Below are positions 10,317 to 23,490 of a DNA stretch of 64,000 bases, piece after piece. Source of the DNA: Kondoa subrosea (Eukaryota); contig BCIN01000004.1 of assembly GCA_039545335.1 (NCBI GenBank), forward strand, positions 1,044,925-1,108,924. Reading direction: 5' to 3'. Under the pieces are notes generated by a model that saw only the letters and a list, made by a program, of their open reading frames with translations, did no database searches and was not told where the DNA came from. How positions within the stretch are numbered: position 1 is the stretch's first letter; every line of letters starts with the position of its first letter. Position numbers and translations under genes: made by a program.

Positions 10317-13300
10317 TTACTTCTGTAGTCGTTTTGTTGCCAGAGATGGAAGAAGAGGTTTGAGATTTGGTTGCAAAGCCCAGTCTTTTCATGGTTTGCA
10401 AAACATCATTCTTCGTGACCGGCTTTTGTAGAATCTGCGAGTCGTACGAGATCAGCTGATGCAGAACAGCAATGAAAGATTCTTACAGCAGAGAACATGG
10501 TTCCTTCCTCACTTAATTGAGCATCTTTGAGTTCATAAGAAGTCACCGCAACGATCGGTGTCTGCTGGTTGGCATTCTTGGTTGACTTGATCATTCGAGC
10601 AGCACTTTCACCATCGAGGATCGGCATAAGCATATCCATCTGTCTTGCAATCAAAATGATGTCAAAGTAGCTTGTGTAGCCAAACTCACGAAGATCACAT
10701 CAAAGACGAGTTCACCCATGGTACACCTGATGACCTCCTCTCCGTTCTGAACAACCACACATCGACATCCTAGGCGGATCAGAATCATTTCCAATACTTT
10801 GCTTGAGATTGGGTTGTCTTCAGCAATCAGACAATCGACCGTTTTAGGTGTCGACTCGATAATCGGCGACGGTTCGAGCTGTGGACCGCTATTGAAGGAC
10901 ATGTGCTTCTGATTTGTCGACGGAGATGAGACAGATGATGCTGGCGTACTGTCGGAATATGTAGTATTGGTTCCCTGCCTGGAATGCCACATCTCCGCGA
11001 TGCCCACTGGCCTGCCCAAAATGCCCGCAGCAGATTGTGCACGGATTCGGCTGGGCATTGAATTGCGTCTCGACACCGATGCTCCGCTGTCCCTGAAATC
11101 TTGAGGCATTTTGAAAGACGCCATTGTCTGATTTTCAGATGGGCGCCTGGAATGCGAGCTACGATTGGATGTAGAGAAGGGATAGCCGCGAGAGGGCGTA
11201 GAGGTTGCTGAGGAGATAGAAGTTGCAGGAGATTCTGGGCCAGAGGCAGACTGAAACGAGCGAAGTAAGAAGTAAGTTAAAGCAGAACCAGATACGACTT
11301 ACTCGCAAATCAAAAGCACCTGAGCCTCCTCGACTGAGAGCGGCATGACGAGGATGTGACGGCGGATATTGGTCGAACGCCAATCCCAGAGGCTGCATCT
11401 GTTCGCTGCGCAGTTTGCGGATAACTTCTTGGTTGGCTTGTTTCAAGACCTCAAGGTTCTTGAAGTTGAAAGTGCCAAAGTCGTCCACAGCTACAGGAGC
11501 TGGAGCAGTTTCTGATCTCTCCCGGGGACTTCGTGTCGATACCGGTAAAGGCGGCTCGGAAGCAGGTTTAGCAAGAGGATTGCCTTTCTCGTGCGTGACA
11601 GGAGCAGGAGGAACACTAGCTGGTATGTCATCGTCATCAAAGACTTGCTGCACTGCGCCTCGAGCATCGAAGTAATCTGTATCTTCCGGATCACTGATTT
11701 TTGGTACGAAGGCTGCATCTGAGCTGAGCAGGTTGGACCAGTCAACGCTGGCCAAGAATGGGTGATTCTTCACTTCGTCACAACCTTTGGCTCCTAAGCG
11801 CTTCTTCGGATCGATGCAAAGCAAACGATTCATAAAATCGTGAGCTTCGGGCGATACTTCAGCTTCGTCCTGATACCAGTCCAAGCGTCTTGACAGAATG
11901 TTATCGAATAGTTCGTTTGGTGTGTCTGCATGGAAAGGTGGAAAGCCATAAAGAAATCTAGAAAGTTTGTGAGCATCAGCTGCGCGTTTTTGATCGGACT
12001 ACATACTCGTAGCAGATCACGCCCAATGCCCACTGTCAGAGTTGTAAATACATATGGCCAGCAGTTATACAGTAATATCATGATAACATACCCAATCTAC
12101 GGCTTCTGCGGATTCCATGCCCAAAATACTGGTAGATCGTGCTCAGATGTAAGTTCTCCATCAAAGGAGACGAGAAGCTATGCTTACGATTCAGGCGCAA
12201 TATAGTCCGGAGTACCCTGAGCGAAGCCTTTCTGGGGCTGAGCTGTTGGTGTTTCGCCAGTAGATACAGAAAAATCGCCGGTCAACATAGCGCTGCTGCC
12301 CAAACCAAAGGGCAGCATTCTGGGAGCATCGGACCCGCTCGCGCTGGACTCGCTTTTACTGCTAGAGATATTCGGTACGTCTGCCTGGAAATACGAAGGG
12401 CGAGCTAGACCAGCTTCGGATGGTGTAGACGCTCGAGAATCGAAAGACTTCAATGCAGCAAGACTTGGACGCCGAGATGGAGCAGAAGGTTGCTGAGCAA
12501 CCGCTTGTCGACCTAGAAGACCAATTTTGCTGAGCCCAAAGTCTGTCAACTTCAGGTGTCCCCGGCTGTCAATCAGTAGATTGTCAGGTTTGAGATCACT
12601 GGCACACAATACTGTCAGACTAGTGTTCAGAATATGACGCAGAGACTGACCGATGAACAACTCCACGTGAATGCAAATGTTCCAGACCGAGGACCACTTC
12701 GGCGATGTAATTCTGAACCCAATCTTCTTCTAACGAGCCAAGAGCTTTGATCAATGCAGCGCAATCTCCTCCATTGAGGTACTCCATCACCAGGTACAGA
12801 TAATCTCGACTCTGAAAGGTGTAAAAGAGCTTAACAACGAAGTCGGAATCTGCTTGATTCATCATAATCATTCGTTCAGCTTTGACATTTGTGACCTGAT
12901 TCTTGGCAATCATATCAGACTTCTTAAGAACTTTAATGGCATAATAGTCGCCAGTAGTCCTTTTCTTGGCCAAATAGACAGAACCAAAAGCACCCTTACT
13001 AATTGGCTTGATGACTTCGAAGTCTTTGATGGTCGATGATTTACCGCGTGCTGCCGGTGTTGAAGAGGGAATCTTGGGAGAAAGAGGTGTCGACATATTT
13101 GGACTACCCACAGGCGGCTTCTGTTGCAGAACAGGAGAGTGTTGCGTAGACCCAGGAACGGGCGAACCGCTTGAGCTCGTTATGACAGTAGGACGAGGAG
13201 GTGGAACAGATAAAGGCACATCAACAATGCTCAAGCGACTGAGACCTTGAGGTTGTGTAGACATCGACAGATCTTCATCCATGACCAAGTCGCCGGGTCC

Positions 13301-16300
13301 ACCAAACGTAGAGGATCCAGATGCAAAGCCAGCAGATGTGTTCGCGTCGAAAGAGGTATCGAAACCTCCAAAACCTAGGCCGGCTAAATCATGCGCATTC
13401 GGCGCCTTCTCTTCTGCACCGCAGCTTTGCTCCTCCTTGATCTCAGGATGCAAACGTTTGAGACGCACTTCCCACTCTTGTCTGATACGCTCAGAGTAGA
13501 TGATGGTATTGCGCAGGCGATTCACAGTATTAATCTTGCGGTGTATCAGCTCCTCCGCGTCTTCGGCAAGCTGTGTCAATGCAGGATCGCCAATTGCCTG
13601 TGGTTGCCAGCCCAAAGCAGTAGCGAGATGGCTTTCGGAATTTGGGGTCAGTAGCCTTTGAGCTTCTATCGGAATGTCCGCAGAGTCTTCGCTGAGTGAG
13701 GGAACAGAGATATCTAGTGTAGCTTGAACCATATCGGAAATCTCATCCAAATAACCTGACTGGACCGTGCGAGTCTGTACGTGTTGCGCTGAAGCTTGAG
13801 AATCGCCATCTGTACTCGTTCCACTCGTTCCATCCGTAAATGATGCACTCGGAAGCAAAGGAGTACCCCGATACTATTACCACTGAATTAGCCTCCAAAT
13901 AGTGTAGGACAAAGTATGCGTACCTCAATAGGAGAAGCAGGACCATTTTTGCAGACCGCGTTGGCTAATAGTTTGATAGAGGTTCGGATCTCATTTAAGC
14001 GGTCATTTGCCTCCGATATATCGACCTCGAGCCTGTGAGTTTCGCTACAAGTTTCGTTGTGCTTTTCGAAAAACCAAGCAGGAATTTGACGATCGCAGAT
14101 GCGACAGAGTAAGCTTTCTGTACTGAACGATTGTTCTGCTGGAATAGATGTCACAGGGTCGCTGAGAGATCTTTGATGCGAAGGTTGACCAAATCGTGCA
14201 GTCGGTTTTGCTTGGCCTTCTTCTTCTGTTTCTTCATCCTCAACAGGTCTCACAACCCACATCGAGTGCGTCGGTTTTGCGGTGTTACGATCATGCATGA
14301 GCATACCTTTGCCTTCCATAGCTTCATAGATGAAATCGCCCGAGCCTCGACGACCTTGAGCTTCCATTGACAGATCATCGTCTCCAGGCTGGACAATACG
14401 CAGCCGGAAACGTAATTCAACAGTATGACCATCATCATGTAACAGCTGCTTAGTAGCTTCGCAGAAAAGATGACTGTCAGCTGGGTAAAGGAGATTCGAG
14501 ATGGGTTGACCAATGCAGCCTGCTGGATCAAGCCTATTTGTGCAGTATTTGAGCAGAGCGCACACACAGAACACACAGTCTGACTCACCCGACAACAGTG
14601 TTCCATACTGGACTCAAATAATGGAAGGTTTCGCCATCCAACTTGAGCTCCATCAATATTGTTGCACTCCGCACCTCCTCGGCTGCTTGCTTGAGATCTT
14701 GAGCACTTGGTTTTGTAGGAGTAGCAGTTACATTTCCAGATGGCCTTGGCGAATCTTTGAGTGATGACCCTGACAAAGGGGCTTCGCCAATATCTAGCTC
14801 CAAAGCTGAAGCCGGCATCATTTCTGGCTTTTCCTGCTGCAAATCTTTCAGGGCATTGTTCGAAGCGTTACGAGATAGACTTTGGAAAGATCGCTGGCCA
14901 GAGTTTCGGCGTTGCTCATTAGCAGAGGCTTTAGCGACGAAGATGATTGGCTCCGAAGACTCATTGTTTGCGTCTTTGTCGTCAAATTTCCAGAAGCCTT
15001 TCTCAGCTTCCCACCATTCGACGACTCTGCTCAGGCCAGCTACAGCGAGTAGCAGCTGAACATACCAACCTCGACAAGGCCATTCTGGATGATCGTCCCA
15101 TGCTTTACCGATCTGCTGTACCTTGTGAATGAAGTCCGTGCAGAGGCCTGGTTTGGAAAGAAGTGACACCACGCTAGTGTCGAGAACATCAGTAGCGACT
15201 GTGATGATAGCTTGCAACAGAGCAACAAAGGGAGACGGCGAATCGCTCGAAGCCACGGGCGAAGGCGATCGAGGGTCAGCAGGAGTGTGAGTAAGATGTG
15301 AATGTGATCCGGACAGATTAGGCATAGGAGATCTGGATCTTGAGGTTGACCTGGATGATGCGGCAGACTCAGCTGAAGCGTTTATACTGATGCTGCGAGA
15401 AAGCGCCGCAGTAATGTCTGCAGCTTTCGGACCAAGGTTTGAAGGACGTCTGTGTGCCGCGGAGAATCGTCGTGGCGAAACAGCGCCTGGTCGCCCTCGA
15501 GTAGATAGCGAAGTCTTCCTTGACACAGGCAAGCCTATTGTCCGAGTAGTCGGACTACTATGGCTTGATCCGGGTAGAGAAGGTGGTGCAGTATTAGGTG
15601 CAAGAGGAACATCTACTGGAGAAGCTGAATTGGCAGGATTGAGCAGACTAGAAGAAATACGCTGGCGCAGTATAGGTCTAGGCAAAGGGAAAGCAGTATC
15701 TGATTCATCACCATCGATGCCTTCGCTTTCAGCTTCAGATTCGGTGACGCGAAGATCTTCCATTGCGGCCAGACTGTGAACCATAGAGTCTGCAGCTCTC
15801 TCCTTGGCCAATTCTTGTTCAACGTATACAGTGATACCTTGAGCAATTTTCCTGAGCTCTTTGTCGCAGCTTTCCTTGGCATGCGTTAAGCGTGTCCGGA
15901 TATGCGCTTCGATCGAAGCCATTGAGAAAGAAGTCGCTTGCTCGCTAGACCGATCTCGCGATAGAGTTGGACGTACTTCAACAGTCTTGCTGCCCACATG
16001 TTGGGAAGAACTGGTAGGTAACAGGCCAGGAGTACGGTCCCAAGCGGGTGAGTGACCAGGTGTCAGTCCAGGCATGGCAAAGGGCGCTTTGCTTGAGATG
16101 GGAGGTGTGAAGAAGCTGCGCGATTGAGAAGAATCAGAGGTTGACCTTGACGCAGCGCCTTCCTGTTGTTGTTGCATCACGAAAGCATTGCGTCGCGGAT
16201 CGAGATTGAGCGAGAGGGGTGGATTGCGCCTGCGAGACGAGAGTTGACCAGCTTCGCTGCCGTCAGATGAATCTTGCGATCGAGAAGAAGTAGTGCGCCT

Positions 16301-19300
16301 CCGGTTGACAGGCGGTCGCGTTACATACGGACCCATGCGAGGAACTGGCGCTAATGCTCCCTTTGGAGGTAGACTTCCTTTCTCGGGATCGAAAGAGTTG
16401 GACTTGACTTTCCGTAAAGGAACTGGGGGAGGCGGCATTTCAATGGCTGAAGCAGAGACTCGACTTTGAGCAGACGGACGAGTTTCTGGCGGTAACAAGG
16501 CTGAAGCAGGCATTTCGCTCTGAGTATGAGACATGATTGGAGGCAGAGGAGGAGGAACTTCTGATCTCGGTGAAATTTCTCCCTTGATAGATGGTGGTCT
16601 ACTGCTGCGGCGACGAGCTTTACCGTCTTCCGATGGAGGAGTAAAACTGTTTCTGACTGCACCCCACCATGCATCAATACGAGCGAAAGCACCGCGTTTC
16701 TTTTTAGGATGAGGCTGTCCTTGTCGACTGATAGGATCCAAAGAAGTGGTTCGTTCCAGATCGGCTTCTTCTGAGATTGGAAGGGAAGCGTCGCTGGCTC
16801 GTCTCTCGCTGGAAGGAAAGGCTGGTAGCAGAGAAGCGGAGGTATTGGCATATGCCCAATCTAAGGCACGAGTCAGGATTTTTTGCCAACGTGAGAACAA
16901 TGCATCACTGACCAGGTTCCAAAGCTCTTGCTTTACCCTTGTCCGAAATATGAGGAACAGGTGGAGGCGGCATAGCTTCGGCGTCAGCTTGAGCCTGGAT
17001 TTGGGAAGCTTCGTCCTCAGCTTCTGGACAGCTTGGTTCTTCTTGCTCTTTGATTTTGGCTTCTTTCATTCTCCGGTATTCGTCCAACCAATCCACCCAT
17101 TCAATGTCTTTTGATACCCCGAGATTTGCAGGACCAGGTCCATTAGAGAAATGATCGCTGTCGCTGTAGCTTCCCCCTTCTCCGGTAATATCCGCTTCCC
17201 CAACCGAGGACGAATCGTCCTGCGTAACAGGCGAAGAAAAGTCAGGTAAAGCCGTTCGAAGTCCTGATGAAATGTTCCGGCCAAAAGAGCTGGCTGTCGA
17301 ACCCGAAATAGTGGAATGAGCTCTGCTTAAAGCACCAGGTCGACCTTGAGTTCGTTTCCACTTCTTCATCTTGGCATTCCTGCTTTGCATAATGATACGT
17401 GCGTACTCATCAGTGCTAGGTAGCGTTTCAGGTAAAGCAGAAGTTCGATTTGACATTTTGCGACCGGACAGGGAACGGCGTAGATCTGAATCATCCCATT
17501 CTGGAAGTGTCTGAGGTCCCCCTGGTGCGCTTGAGCCGCTGAAAGATCGACCAACAGGCATTTGAAGAAAATCAGAACTGCTTGGCGGAGCTAAAGAAGC
17601 TGCTCTTGCTGCTCTAGGCGAGGGAGCTGCACCAAGCTGAGCTGCCAAATCTGCTGCTCGAGCAATACTCTGGGATCTATTCCTTCTGTGACTTGTTGAA
17701 GAAGTAGGGGAAGTAGCCAGACTTCCGGGTGTAGCTGGAAAATCAAACAAAGGCGAATAGGCAGAACTTTCGCCGGCTGAAGATGGTCCTGACATGCCAG
17801 ACATTGAAGTAGTCATTAATGGAGAGATTAGATCCGCAGAAGGTAAAGGGGCTCTGGGCAAATAATTTGGACTGTGAACAGTGGTTTGTGGGTCGGCTGT
17901 TTCTGAAGAGTTAGATGTTCCAGGCGAAGCAGCTCTTGAAGCCATTGGTGTGATTGTTGCAGAGTACTCAGCAGGACTGATCGTCTGAACAGGTGGACCA
18001 TCTGAAACTGCAGGAGCGGAAGAAGTCATGGCATGCAAAGATTGCGCAATGCGAACTTGAGTTGGGACACGCTGAAGCTTGATTGATTCTGGTCCAGAAG
18101 GCGCGAAACTTGAAATGGTCGCTGTCTGAGGCATCGAAATAGCTGTGTTTAGTGGAGGACGAGAAGCTGGCGCCAATGAAGGAGGCGAAGGATAATTAGT
18201 GTTTCCAAAGGTTCTAGTTGGCGAAGAATTAACAATTGACATACGGCGGTTACTTGAATTGGTGGGAATAGTGACAGCCGAAGATCCTACGGGACTCGTA
18301 ACTGATACCGGACGAGGAGGCGAATTGCTTGATGTGACCAAACCAAGCTCTTCATTGCGGATATGATCGCTCAGTTGCCTTTCGTCATATGACCTACGAC
18401 CACTTGATGCGTCTGGCGACAGGACTGAAGGAGCCAAAGCTGGACCTTGCGAACTAGATAAAGAACTTGACGGAATGTATTCAATGTTTCCGCTAGGTAT
18501 AGAAACTGAAGCTCTTTTTGCAGCAAGACTGTGAGATCGACCAGAATCAGGTCCGAGCGAATTAGCACTCGTTGGCGACACTGAAGAAATCGATGAAGTG
18601 CTTGAAGGAGAGTGACCTATTTTTAAGTATTAGCACAGCAGAATATAGGTATATCTTGTGACATACGCTGCGCTTCCACTCGCAGGGGACTCCCGGTTCT
18701 AGGAGGCATCGTCCAAGATGATAACGGTCCAGACTGCTGAGGTGAAGAGGAAGCTACTCTATCTAGGAGCATTCGTTGAGACAAAGTGTTGTTGTCCAGT
18801 GACCCGACACTGTTGAATTCTTCCGAATCCAGATCCATCACGTCCATATTGTCGTCATCTTGACCAGCAGACAACGCTTGGGCTAAGGGTGAAGGAAAGA
18901 GCGGTGTTGTAGATAGGCGGTGAGAAGGTGGAATTGAGCCACTAATACTCGGAGAAGGTTCAGAAGTAGGTTCAGATTCGGAAGAGTCGTCGCTGAGATC
19001 AGTCAAAGAACTAGACTGAGAGCTACTGAGGAGAGAACGTCGTTTCAATGGCGCATTGCTACGTTCTGATGGAACTGGAATAGCCATTCGCATCGAGCTG
19101 CTTCCAGCCATGGGTTTTGGATTTATAGGCAAGTTTGGCGAGATGCGGATAGAGGAAAGGGAAGACTGTGATTCTTCATGATCCTGAGCATCGACATCCT
19201 CTTGCTCCTCCTCTTCTGTCTCAAAGGTGGTCATGTTGGACAGAAGCGAAGAAAGAGAGCTTTGTCTTCGCCGATTGGACAAAACAGACGATGAAGACCT

Positions 19301-19545
19301 TTTATGCAACAGATTCGAGTTGGTGCTCTGAGAGCTACTGATTGTGACAAAGGCAGCACAATGAGACTCCGTAATTTGCACAGCTGAATGAAGGCAGTTT
19401 CTCACCTTTGTGAAACATTCTGAGCTCTGTAAGTGGACGAGGATCTAGTGGGGATAATTGGCTGCTGATTTATGTTGATTTGCTGCTTGCCTGTATCCTC
19501 TACGTGATGTTCCGAGTCTTGGGCTTCCCGATGAGGTGCACTCAT
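10317..19545 (-). CDS. RIM15: Rim15/Cek1 (Greatwall-like) AGC Ser/Thr kinase with PAS, C2HC zinc finger, split kinase domain and C-terminal receiver domain; very long low-complexity N-terminus
   Basis: PAS ([22 protein letters not shown]), [85 protein letters not shown]...[10 protein letters not shown]. The large ORFs are linked by short GT-AG introns (e.g. ~18617-18666, ~16861-16912). The 5' exon assignment is less certain. Confidence 0.92.
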
Positions 19546-20175
19546 ATCTGATAATGCAAAGATTCAGCCAAAGCCAGTCCAGACAAGCCAGTGGCCCTTG
19601 AGGCAAGCGCTCTTGCGATATAGTGACCCTTCTCTCAACAGCAAGCTGGCATAGTCTTGATGTCTTGAGACTCTTGAAAAGACTCGAGCTAAACTTGCGG
19701 GATTTTACTGAAGTATAATACTAGGGCTGTCTTTGGACTGAAGTGTTGATGGTGTAGACAACAGAATAGCGAGGGCTGCAGTCAGTCGTAAAGAAAGGTC
19801 TGGCAGCCGAAGACGAGACTAGACTAGACTAGCTAAATTCAGACGGATCTTGATGGAGAGCAACGGTCGCTCGATATCGAACGCAGGTGTGATGGACAGA
19901 CTCGCTGTGCTGGTGGTCTTGCTATTCGTTCCCTCGTCAAAGTCACCGTTGCTTACAAGTCGAGGTTTCGAAACTTGTAAGCTATATCAGGAGTTGCTAT
20001 GCACGGCTATGCTTGGCTCCATTGTTTTCCGTTACCTCTTTCATGTCTTCTGTCGTTGCTGTCTCATTTTCGTTTCCTCCCCTTCCCTTTCATGACTGTC
20101 AATTCGTCTTGAGAAATAGAAGGTTCTCTCGTGTTGTCTCTCTTTCGACTTCACGCCTGAATAGCTCTCGACATT

Positions 20176-21197
20176 ATGCTCAAGATGCTCTTCCACGACA
20201 TCAATCTGTTATCATTTGATCCCGCTGGTCTATCAAGCGAAGGCGTTCGAGTCGGTTCATGGAAGCCCTCTATTACATCGCTTGAATTTCCTGCTCTAGA
20301 AGATCAACCTCTCTCATTACTAAGCTGGAATGTCGCGGCCAGAGAAGATCACTACGAATCTCAAACTCGAGAACGATTCTTGAGCGTGATAGAAGATATC
20401 AAGAAGACCGGTTCGGAAGTCATCGCTTTAAAAGAAGTTACCCCTGAACTAGCCAACATGCTCAAGCAGGATACTCAGATTAGAGAGGGATGGGCAATAA
20501 CTGATTTCGAGCAATCGTACGTTATCTTCTTCTTTGCTTTTAGATGATTGATTCTGATCGTTGTAATAGAGCAATACCGACTTCACTATTGGTGCTAATT
20601 TGTTCTTGGTCAAGAAAGTCTTCTTATCATCTTTCAATGGCGCAAAAGTGACCTTACATGGATTGAAGGGCGGAAGCTGGGTCACTTACCTGGAACTTCA
20701 CCGAGACACTCAACTCGTTGTAGGTTCCTTTATCTTCTCAGCGTTGACTGTTATCTCACTCTTGCTTCTAGTATCGTTTTGCTACTTCTTCAGCTCCATC
20801 AAACGATCATGCTCGAGCAGAACATCTTAATCAAATCGTTACCTTACTTCAATCTTCCGACCTAGTCTGCGCTACATCTTCATCGACTACTACTATTGAT
20901 CCGAATGTCAAAGCCATTTATATAGGAGAAACCAATCTTTATCGCTACTGCGAGATCGAACCTTTCTTATCTGCCAACTTTATAGACGCGGTCGCTTATT
21001 CGCACGACTGTACGGATGTAGAAGATGGAGTGTTGGAGGAAGACTTGTTCAGGTTCAAAGCGAACGGACAAAATCCACTGTGCGAGCATTTGTATAAGCG
21101 TTCCAACCTGGTACTAGTCAAGGGCGTGACTCCGAAGAATGATGAATTGATTGCAGACTTCGAAGTGGGCAACAAAGGCGTTGTAGTTCGCTTCTGA
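20176..21197 (+). CDS. Endonuclease/exonuclease/phosphatase (EEP, TDP2-like) fold protein with degenerate catalytic motifs
   Basis: LSLLSWNVA, EVIALKEVTPE, AIYIGETNL, FIDAV and KRSNLVLVKG in the canonical EEP motif order. Confidence 0.65.
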
Positions 21198-21305
21198 AGC
21201 TATGATGCAAATCTGAAACTCTAGCTATTAGAATATACCTATATACACTATCCGAACAATGTGTACATCCAAACTTCACAATCGTGTAGGAATCAGTAGC
21301 TCCTC

Positions 21306-23233
21306 TCATTTCTTCTCGGACTGAGATTGCATCTCTTGCTTATCCGCCTTCCTCCGTTGCAATCCAGTAATCAACATCAAACCTAAAATCACACAGCGTA
21401 TCAATATCACCACTTCAAATTGCAGCAGGTAGTAAACATACTGATAGCTCCTACTATGATCCAAGACAAGCAAACCAAGAAATTTTGCGCCAAATGATTC
21501 TTCGTGCCGAAGATGATTGATTTACTCGCGTCTGTCGATCCTTCGTCAGCACAAAAGGACATTAATGAGGATTTCAGGAAACGCACCAACTGAATTCCAT
21601 ACGGGCATGATAAAGCCATAAGCATAGAAATGATCTTGATCTGATATACTGAGGAAAGCGACCGAGACGTTCAAAATAACCCTAGATTCCAACATCAGTC
21701 TTGATAGATAATAGAAGATTCGAAAACTTACCAGAAGATCAAGAAGAATGGCATAAACAGCATGCCTAGTAAAGCTAATGCGCATTCCATGATCAATCCA
21801 AGTGAAGTCATAGTAGTCCAATTCATCATCCAGTAAAGGAAGAACCCAACTTACAAGTTACAGCATTTCAGACCAACATGCAAGTATAGATAACGAACCG
21901 ACTTACTATGCCCATATTTCCTTGTGAAATCCAACTTGAAGGCTAGAGAGACCAAAGAGTACATCAAACTGATCCAGAAATAAGCCAAGATGGGCACAGC
22001 GATCTTGAGAAAGAGTTCAGAGGAACGATTGATTTTGTTTGATAGAGGTGTGAAAGCTTCTTTCCAAATTGGCGAAATCAAGAAGGTCTGAACAGTGCAA
22101 TCAGCATAAAGTGTTCGGTACAAAGGTTAGGACCTACAAAGATGATGAGGTAAATAGCTCCTGCTGTTGTTGGTGCTTCAGCCTATCCGACGATTCAGGT
22201 CACTTTGTGATTGCGATTGGAAAGGAAGACTTACCACTATCTGGTCGAAAGGTCTCAAATTAAAGGTCGAGTACCCAAATACAGAAGCTAAAGAGCTTCC
22301 AGTTGCAGCAGTAGTCAAAGAAGCCACACTTCCAGCCGCAACCGCATTCTCCAACAAAGTATTAGCAAACTGAACATTGGCAGCTTGAATACCAGAATTG
22401 ATGACGATTTCTGCTAGTGTAACAATATATTGATTGGTTCCGTAGAAATTTCGGGCTTCTTCATAGAAAAAGGCAATCGATCCTCTGGGATCATAGCCTG
22501 TTGAACCGGTGTTTGCAGCTTCGGTAGCTAAAACTGTTGCATTAGGATGAATAATAATGACTGCCCAAACGTCTTGTCTGTGTTCAGAACTTCAGCACGA
22601 CCTATGAGACGATGCGGCAAACCAGACTAACGCGGTAACTATACTTCGAGCATAATCTGTTGCATTCATGCCTTGCCCATCTTGGGTGAGTTTCAATCGA
22701 CTCAATTCTTGATCATCTGCTATTTGCCAACCAAGGTGAAAATGAGGACTCGATGTGATATCTATTGAAAACAACATAGAATTAGCCGTCCGTTCGTTCG
22801 ATTGCCAGAGAATGAGAGGAAGTTACCATTTTGAATGGCATTTATTATAGCTGGTCCTAGTACAGCATTAGGAGCTCCAGCTACATTTTGAGCATATTGT
22901 GAATCCAGGTTCAGCACTCGAACAGTCAGACGATAGGCGTTTTCTGTTTGTCTGAAATATGCTCCAAAGTAGCTGACGGTCCATCCTTGTGTTAGCACTT
23001 GCTGCAAAAGAAGGGCAGAGTGCAACCTACAGACATTGCAGTAGAATGCCGATCACCTAGATTTCTCAAAGGTATCAGACCTGAAAGATCCAGCTCTTTG
23101 TAAGACTGACACTGATCAAACCAAAAGCCTTCAACACCATGCCTGTAACTGATTTCCTCTCCTTAGCCATATGCGAGCTGAAAATTGGATGCCGTCTCGT
23201 TCCATCTTCTGCCCAAGCTCTAGAAATACCCAT
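21306..23233 (-). CDS. SNG1 / DUF3533 multi-pass membrane protein (copy A)
   Basis: YFGAYFRQTENAYRLTVRVLNLDS, DVWAVIIIHPNAT, YDPRGSIAFFYEEARN, YFWISLMYSLVSLAFKLDF, IIFGTKNHLAQN. Confidence 0.85.
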
Positions 23234-23490
23234 TGCTGCTTGATTAGGGAGTATAATCCAAATGTAGGCCGAGGTATATCGGAAGTTCGTCGCTGTGTGC
23301 GGAAGAGTTCAACCGAAAGAGATCGCTTGAAAATCATCGTCATTATTTTGGTCACCTTTTTTCACTAACAGCCGTTCGCTAATACCTGTGCTTGCTACAT
23401 TGCTCCATCTCCTAGATACCTTGTGCTTTGACGTAGAGCTATCAAGCAGTCGTCCCCGTTTTTGCCGGAATAATCTCTGAATTGGGAGCA

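Noticed and set aside
10827..18568. Many antisense and alternate-frame ORFs inside RIM15 and other genes
   Set aside because: Shadow ORFs typical of Ser/Pro-rich coding sequence; no independent evidence.
19817..19835. gactagactagactagcta pentamer repeat upstream of RIM15
   Set aside because: Three short units; an ordinary microsatellite.
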